Below, piece by piece: positions 58,185 to 64,000 of a DNA stretch of 64,000 nucleotides. Source of the stretch: Candidatus Andersenbacteria bacterium RIFCSPHIGHO2_02_FULL_46_16 (GTDB lineage Bacteria > Patescibacteriota > Andersenbacteria > UBA10190); the NCBI GenBank assembly GCA_001817065.1, contig MHHQ01000005.1, positions 18,651 through 82,650 on the forward strand. The letters are read 5' to 3'. The position numbers were made by a program, and so were the translations under genes. Under the pieces are notes generated by a model. That model was given only the letters and a program-made list of their open reading frames with translations. It had not been told where the DNA came from and ran no database searches. Numbering within the stretch: position 1 is the first letter of the stretch; each line of letters starts with the position of its first letter.

Positions 58185-59213
58185 ATGGCTATTGAAACAA
58201 CAAATACGTCTGTGACGGTGACAGCGACTCGCAGCAGTGAAGATGTGTCATTGGACATGGCGCTTCGTCCCAAGAGTTTGGCAGAGTTTATTGGACAAGC
58301 CAAATTGAAACAGTCCTTGCAGGTGTTTTTACAAGCTGCGAAAGATCGTGGGGAGGCGATGGATCATGTGTTGTTGGCTGGACCACCCGGCTTGGGCAAG
58401 ACAAGCTTGGCGCATATTATTGCTCACGAATTGGGTAGCAATATCAAGGTGACGGCTGGGCCGGCCTTAACTAAGGTGGCTGATTTGGCGGGCGTTTTAA
58501 CAAACCTGGAGGAAGGAGATGTTTTGTTTATTGATGAGGTGCATCGGTTACAGCGATCAATTGAAGAGGTGCTATATCCAGCGATGGAGGATTATTCTTT
58601 GGACTTAGTGGTAGGACAGGGTCCGGGAGCGAGAACGTTGCGGTTGGAATTACCGCGGTTTACTTTAGTGGGGGCCACGACGCGGGTGGGTATGTTGGGA
58701 TCGCCTTTGCGTGACCGGTTTGGCATGACTTACCGGCTGGACTTTTATGAAGAGGATGAGGTGGTAAAAATTCTAAGGAGGTCGGCAAAATTATTGGGAG
58801 TGGCTATTGATAAAGAGTCGTTAGTGGAGGTGTCCCGACGATGTCGACGAACACCGCGGGTGGCAAATAGATTATTAAAGAGAATCCGTGATTTTGCCCA
58901 AGTTAAAAAGCACAAGATGGTGGAGAAGGACGTCGTGGAAATGGCGTTAGAAATGCTGGAGATTGATGAGGTGGGGCTTGACTCGGTGGACCGGTTAGCC
59001 ATGAGGGTACTGGCGGAACAGTTCAAGGGTGGTCCAGTAGGCTTACAAACACTAGCAGCGGTCATGGCGGAAGAAGAAAGAACTTTGGAAGAAGTTATTG
59101 AACCATATTTATTGCAGTGCGGTTTTATACAAAGAACGCCAAGAGGCAGATTGTTAACAGAGAGCGGGATGAGACATATTGGGCTAAATGATGAGCAAGG
59201 CAAGTTGGTTTAG
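58185..59213 (+). CDS. ruvB: Holliday junction branch migration helicase RuvB
   Basis: LRPKSLAEFIGQ, GPPGLGKT, FIDEVHRL, GATTR, TPRVANRLL, EPYL. Confidence 0.98.
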   Translation: MAIETTNTSVTVTATRSSEDVSLDMALRPKSLAEFIGQAKLKQSLQVFLQAAKDRGEAMDHVLLAGPPGLGKTSLAHIIAHELGSNIKVTAGPALTKVADLAGVLTNLEEGDVLFIDEVHRLQRSIEEVLYPAMEDYSLDLVVGQGPGARTLRLELPRFTLVGATTRVGMLGSPLRDRFGMTYRLDFYEEDEVVKILRRSAKLLGVAIDKESLVEVSRRCRRTPRVANRLLKRIRDFAQVKKHKMVEKDVVEMALEMLEIDEVGLDSVDRLAMRVLAEQFKGGPVGLQTLAAVMAEEERTLEEVIEPYLLQCGFIQRTPRGRLLTESGMRHIGLNDEQGKLV

Positions 59214-59351
59214 AGAGATTTAGCACAACAACTTATCCCAAAGGATCCTTTTAGGGCAAACAATAATGATTCGGCTAAAAACTTAACTAACCCACGGCGA
59301 GTTACTAGGAAGCAAGAGGAGGGTCTTGTTTTTTGACTCTGGGTGAGCTAA

Positions 59352-59614
59352 GTCACCGTCTCAAAATAACTTAACCGTCTCTCGCCCACTATGCAATCTA
59401 CGACTTTTTCTCCAGCCTTCGCCAAGGCTACGGCCGGCAGGTAATCGCGAAACACTTACCGTAGTACTGCGCTTCGTATTTCGCTCCAGCTGTCGCTACC
59501 ACCTTCGCTAAAGCTACGGTGGTCAAGAAAGCTATGGCCGGCAGGCAATCGAAAAAGCTGTATCTCGGCGCAGATTGAACGAGAGATCTGACCAAGTTAT
59601 TTATTTACGGTGCA
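59352..59614. mobile_element. MITE copy 2 carrying nested REP-like insertions
   Basis: Colinear with 41939-42112 plus two inserts (cagccttcgccaaggctacggccggcagg-type). Confidence 0.85.
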
Positions 59615-59670
59615 TAAGTCGTATTGAATGTTTGTTTTTGGAAGTTTGGTAAGCTAGTGTTTAAAAAGGT

Positions 59671-60198
59671 ATGAGCATCGCTAATGTTATTACGGGTAGC
59701 CGCTTGATATGGTTTGTGGTTTTTATTTGGGCGGTCGAGACTGACCGGTTGGGTTGGGCGGCCTTAATGTTTTTGGCGGCATGGGGGTTGGATGCGGCGG
59801 ACGGTTGGATGGCGCGTCGGTTGGGGCAAGTGACTGAGTTTGGTTATGTTTTTGACAAAGCGGTAGATAGAACTGTTTTAATAGTTGGCTTGATGGTTTT
59901 ATTAATGAACCAAGTAGTGCCGGATTATGCTTTCTTGATTTTAGCGAAAGACGTTGCTGCTTTGCCAAGCGTTACGGTACAATTCAAGTCGATGCGGGTA
60001 ATCCCTAGTATGGGGAAAGGAGGAAAACTGGTGGTAGTGGGACAGGGGTTGGCGGTGTTTTGGGTATGGGCTAACTTACCGGGTGGTTGGTGGGTAGTGT
60101 TGGGAGTGGCAATGCTTGGGGTGGTGGTGGGCGGGCAGTATGTTTGGCGGGTTTATAGCAATAGTGGGAGGAGCACCCCTGAGGCTGTGGAAAACTAA
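59671..60198 (+). CDS. CDP-alcohol phosphatidyltransferase (PgsA-like)
   Basis: ANVITGSR; DAADGWMARRLGQVTEFGYVFDKAVDR signature. Confidence 0.9.
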   Translation: MSIANVITGSRLIWFVVFIWAVETDRLGWAALMFLAAWGLDAADGWMARRLGQVTEFGYVFDKAVDRTVLIVGLMVLLMNQVVPDYAFLILAKDVAALPSVTVQFKSMRVIPSMGKGGKLVVVGQGLAVFWVWANLPGGWWVVLGVAMLGVVVGGQYVWRVYSNSGRSTPEAVEN

Positions 60199-60266
60199 TA
60201 ATAGTGAATTTAGTGCGAGTGTTATAATATAAAGATAGAAAATAAACAGACGAAATAAACAAAAGT

Positions 60267-62261
60267 ATGGAGGGGAATCTACAACCAGATTTTTTTAGCG
60301 TAGGAGCGCGAGTAACTTCAGCGGCAGCATTGGCTGTTTTTTTGTTGTTAGGATTACCGCTGTTGGTGTCGGCTAGCGAGGCAGACGTGGTGATTAACGA
60401 ATTGATGTGGGACGGTGAAGAATATGTTGAGCTGTTCAATCAAACAGGGCAGGAGATTAGTTTGGCAGGGTGGACTTTAACTCGGCAACAGGCAGGCGGC
60501 GAGGTAAAGGAACTTGTGGAATGGGAGGAGGAAGACGAGCTAGGGGCTGGTGAATATTATTTACTGGAAAGCAAGGAAGAAGCGACAACGGTGATAGCGG
60601 ATAAGGTGGACTCGAGTGTCATGCTGGTTAATACAGGAGAGCTGATTACTTTGTGGGATGCGCAGAAGAATATGGTGGACCAGGCCAACCGGCTTGGTGG
60701 GTGGTTTGCCGGAGACGGTAAGACAGAGAAAGCGATGGAGAGGACGGCGGCGGGGAGCGACGGTCTAATAGCTAGCAGCTGGCATACGTCAACCGGCGAG
60801 ACGGGTGGGCGACTCGGAACGCCAAAACAGATAAATAGTCAGCCTCATATTAACGAGGCGCCGGAGGCGGCAATGACTGCGCCGAGCAGCGGATTGGTAG
60901 GGGAGCAATTAATTTTCACAGCGGAGGATGCGAGCGATGCAGAGGATGACGATTTAACATATGAGTGGACAATGGGTGACGATACTGTCCTGAGTGGAGT
61001 GGAGGTAGCGCATAGCTATAATCGAGCGGGAACGTTTGCGGTAGAAGTAACCGTGTCGGATGGGCAGGCAGAAGATAAGGTGGTGAGTGAAGTCGTCATA
61101 AAAGAGCCAGAATATTCAGACGAAATCATTGTTAATGAGTGGCTGCCTGACCCGGTAGGGAATGATGCCGAGGGAGAGTTTATTGAATTAAAAAATAAAG
61201 GGAATAAGCTGGTTGATTTAGCAGGTTGGCAGCTGGATGACGGGGAAGGAGGAAGTGCTGAGTATGTTATTCCGGCGGGAGTAAAAATTGCGGCAGGGGA
61301 AATTAAATTATTTAAGCGGGAAGAGACTGGGCTTGCATTAAATAATAGCAGTGACAGTGTGCGGCTGAAGGATCCGTTAGGACGGATCAAAGCAGAGCAA
61401 GGTTATGAAACAACTAAAGAAGGGTACTCTTTTAACTGGAAGGTGGACGGTAGTCCATTACTTAGCACGACGCCAACACCCGGGTTGGCAAATAATATAA
61501 CAGTGCCGGTTAACGAAGAAGAAGTTGATGAGGAGGAAGACGAGAGGGCCCTGGCAGTTAAAGGTGTGGTGGCAGGGAGTAAAATAACTAAAATCGTTTT
61601 AGCGCAGGTGAGGCAAGAGGAAAAAGGGGCGATGGTGGAGGTAGTTGGTGTGGTGAGCGTACCGCCCGGGGTGTTGGGGGACAGAGTAATTTATTTGTCT
61701 GGTTCTGGGGTGCAGGTATATTTATCTAAGGCAGATTGGCCAAAAATTAACCTGGGTGACACGATTAGGCTAACGGGAGAAGTATCGGCAAGCAGCGGAG
61801 AGACAAGGCTTAAGTTGGCACAAGCGAGCGATATCACAATTACCAGCAAAGGGGCTGCGCCACAACCGCATCGTCTGGAGACGGGTGAGGTGGGGGAGGA
61901 AACGGAAGGATGGCTGGTAACGATACAAGGAAAGGTAACAGAGACTAGCGGGGATACTTTTTATATGGATGATGGCAGCGGTGAGACAAGGGTATACATT
62001 AAGTCTTCAACCAAGATAGATAAGCCGCAAATGAAAAAGGGGGCTGTGGTAACGGTGACCGGAGTTGTTTCAGAAACGAGTAGCGGCTATCGGGTGTTGC
62101 CGAGATGGCAGGAAGATGTGCGGCTAGGGTTGGTGGCTGGCATGACAAGTTTTCCGGCGACGGGTGGAGAAAGCAGTTGGCTGATGATTGCAGTGGGGAT
62201 GGCGGTGTGGCTGTTAAAGGGAGCGCGGCAAAAAGGGGAGCCGCTGGTTAGGAATTGGTAA
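60267..62261 (+). CDS. Surface protein: lamin-tail x2, PKD, OB-fold-like repeats, C-terminal FPATG + hydrophobic + basic tail
   Basis: VVINELM…EYVELFN; WTMGD; IIVNEWLPDP…EFIELKN…PTPG; TSFPATGG…WLMIAVGMAVWLLKGARQK. Confidence 0.8.
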   Translation: MEGNLQPDFFSVGARVTSAAALAVFLLLGLPLLVSASEADVVINELMWDGEEYVELFNQTGQEISLAGWTLTRQQAGGEVKELVEWEEEDELGAGEYYLLESKEEATTVIADKVDSSVMLVNTGELITLWDAQKNMVDQANRLGGWFAGDGKTEKAMERTAAGSDGLIASSWHTSTGETGGRLGTPKQINSQPHINEAPEAAMTAPSSGLVGEQLIFTAEDASDAEDDDLTYEWTMGDDTVLSGVEVAHSYNRAGTFAVEVTVSDGQAEDKVVSEVVIKEPEYSDEIIVNEWLPDPVGNDAEGEFIELKNKGNKLVDLAGWQLDDGEGGSAEYVIPAGVKIAAGEIKLFKREETGLALNNSSDSVRLKDPLGRIKAEQGYETTKEGYSFNWKVDGSPLLSTTPTPGLANNITVPVNEEEVDEEEDERALAVKGVVAGSKITKIVLAQVRQEEKGAMVEVVGVVSVPPGVLGDRVIYLSGSGVQVYLSKADWPKINLGDTIRLTGEVSASSGETRLKLAQASDITITSKGAAPQPHRLETGEVGEETEGWLVTIQGKVTETSGDTFYMDDGSGETRVYIKSSTKIDKPQMKKGAVVTVTGVVSETSSGYRVLPRWQEDVRLGLVAGMTSFPATGGESSWLMIAVGMAVWLLKGARQKGEPLVRNW

Positions 62262-62380
62262 CTAGGCAAACAATTTACAAACCGAGAACAAATTTTCCAA
62301 ACCATAACAAATTGGTAACAAACTTTACAAACAAACTTATTCCAACGGGACCCCTTTGGGGCAAACCATAACGAACCCCA
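62262..62380 (+). repeat. AC-rich intergenic repeat related to 59230 and 32120
   Basis: caaaccataacaaattggtaacaaactttacaaacaa; aacttattccaacgggacccctttggggcaaaccataacga. Confidence 0.7.
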
Positions 62381-62578
62381 AGCTTGCTAGTGTAATTTAC
62401 GGTCAATTTAAAAACGGTAACAAGCAAGCAAAAAAAGTGAGAGTTTTGTGTCTAGGCTTGGTCAGGGATAAAAAGTAATAGCGCATTGATTGTTTTGGGG
62501 TATCTTTATGATTGATGTCGTTAAATGGTTTAGGAATTAGCGGCATTTTTAGTTATATTGATTGAACTGAAGTAAATT

Positions 62579-63649
62579 ATGAAAAACAAAAATAAAGCTA
62601 GAATTGTAATTTTAGGCGGAGGCAATGGAACTTCGCGGCTTTTAATTGCGCTCTTGCCTTTATTGATCAAGGAAGAGATTGCCTCGCTACATGCTATAGT
62701 GCATATGTCAGATGATGGAGGTTCAACCGGTCGGTTACGTGATCAATATGGTGTATCGGCAGTGGGGGATCTGACTAAGTCGCTGATGGCGTTAAGTCCG
62801 ATGAGGGGCGATTTGCGTGGGAATGAATTTTTAGCAGCCTTGGAATATAGATTTAGCGAAGGGGATTTTCAGGGACATACGGTGCGTAATATTTTGTTGG
62901 TGGCATTAGAGAAGACACAACCAGCAGCTGAGGCGGTGGATGAGGGTGACGCACCGATTGATCGAGCGCTGGCTGTACTAGCTCGGGTTTTACGGGTGCC
63001 GAAGCATGCCGGGGTGGTGCCGACAACGACTACTTCGTTGACGGAGCAGGCGGTGATTCTTTTTAATGGCGACAGTAATTTATTGGGAGAGGGGCAGCAC
63101 TCTATTTCTCATCGGGTAAATATGCAGGCGGATCCTCGCTGGCAACCCGGTGATGTCAAGGTTCGGTTTGCCGAAGGGGATGTCCCATTAAACAAGAGAG
63201 CGGAGAAAATTTTAGAACAGGCCACGCATATTATTGTGGCACCGGGGCACACTTATGGGACAATTTTACCGACACTGGCACTGCCTGATTTACAGCGGGT
63301 GATAAAGCGAACGCATGCAAAACTATTAACTGTGATGACGTTGTTAACAACACCGCATCAGACAGCGGGCTGGGACGGGGAGGATTTTGTTAGTGTTTAT
63401 GAATCATATTTAGGCAGAGGAATGGATGTGGTAATAGCGAACAAGCAGGAGGCGACTATTGAGATGGTAGAGGGACAGGACTGGGTACGGTTTAAAGGAC
63501 GGAAAGTATCGTATCGGTTGATCGAGGATAATTTGGTAAGCGGGTCTTTGCAAACAGCGCAGCGGGGAGATGTGGTGCCGCGAGCGGTGGTAGTGCATGA
63601 CAGCGCTAGATTACAGAAACTGATTGGGAACTTGTTAGGGCTGGTTTAA
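62579..63649 (+). CDS. yvcK: YvcK/CofD-like family protein (gluconeogenesis factor)
   Basis: IVILGGGNGT, SDDGGSTGRLR, GHTVRN, IIVAPG…TILP, HDSARL. Confidence 0.85.
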   Translation: MKNKNKARIVILGGGNGTSRLLIALLPLLIKEEIASLHAIVHMSDDGGSTGRLRDQYGVSAVGDLTKSLMALSPMRGDLRGNEFLAALEYRFSEGDFQGHTVRNILLVALEKTQPAAEAVDEGDAPIDRALAVLARVLRVPKHAGVVPTTTTSLTEQAVILFNGDSNLLGEGQHSISHRVNMQADPRWQPGDVKVRFAEGDVPLNKRAEKILEQATHIIVAPGHTYGTILPTLALPDLQRVIKRTHAKLLTVMTLLTTPHQTAGWDGEDFVSVYESYLGRGMDVVIANKQEATIEMVEGQDWVRFKGRKVSYRLIEDNLVSGSLQTAQRGDVVPRAVVVHDSARLQKLIGNLLGLV

Positions 63650-63705
63650 CAGGTATGTTGGTGAGGGGCTAACTAACAGGTAATTAGACAGTGTATAATC
63701 AATCC

Positions 63706-64000
63706 ATGGACGGTGATCAGTCGAGAGCTTATGGGACAGTGGAGGCCAGATTGGATGCTCTGAATGTGCAGCAGGAGGAGCGGCTGGCGCGACGGCGAGC
63801 GCGGTTATTGCAGTTGCCGTATGTTGATCTGTTCGCTTTTCCTTTTGAGCCCAGTATTCTTGAGATGGTACCCAAAACTGAAGCGCAAGTGGTCGGGGCG
63901 GTGCTGTTTTATAAACGGGGGAATGACATAAAGATTGGCGCGGTTAATCCGCAAATCGAAGGGTTTGTTGAGTTATTGGACAGACTTAAAGTGCGGTTTG
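63706..64000 (+). CDS. GspE/PilB-family ATPase, N-terminal part (runs off the window)
   Basis: Manual translation MDGDQSRAYG…EERLARRRARLLQLPYVDL…ILEMVPKTEA…IKIGAVNP, typical of a GspE N-terminal domain. Confidence 0.6.
   Translation, partial: MDGDQSRAYGTVEARLDALNVQQEERLARRRARLLQLPYVDLFAFPFEPSILEMVPKTEAQVVGAVLFYKRGNDIKIGAVNPQIEGFVELLDRLKVRF

Overview
Chromosomal window from a Patescibacteria (CPR; Parcubacteria-like) bacterium, standard genetic code. The assignment is inferred from gene content, compact housekeeping proteins and CPR-type repeats. From left to right it holds: infB(3')-rbfA-nrnA-ymdB-hup; tRNA-Pro and tRNA-Gly with small accessory islands, MITEs and an IS701 remnant; a LysM/M23 peptidase and rsmA; a ~16 kb co-oriented surface-protein and Patescibacteria-type T4SS-like locus (Ca-binding, LRR and Pro-rich proteins, VirB6-like, PrgI, VirB4, pilin); a glycosylation cluster (2 O-antigen-ligase-like, 3 GT2, flippase); jag-yidC-yidD-rnpA-rpmH / dnaA-oriC-dnaN-recF; PBP1A; a two-gene ATP-grasp/protease + 7TM system; ruvC, yebC, ruvB, pgsA-like, a lamin-tail surface protein, yvcK and the start of a PilB/GspE ATPase. 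The most striking unexplained signal is a family of ~45-nt AC-rich, heptamer-periodic repeats placed right after stop codons inside the T4SS-like operon. It includes a 104-bp-period array, and its single inverted copy encloses a four-helix-bundle (Avd/IVP-like) gene in a perfect 19-bp inverted repeat. Also notable: spot counts show no GC-skew switch across a textbook dnaA-oriC-dnaN locus, there is a remote DnaA-box cluster, and there are nested miniature elements. All family assignments come from motif recognition, not database searches.
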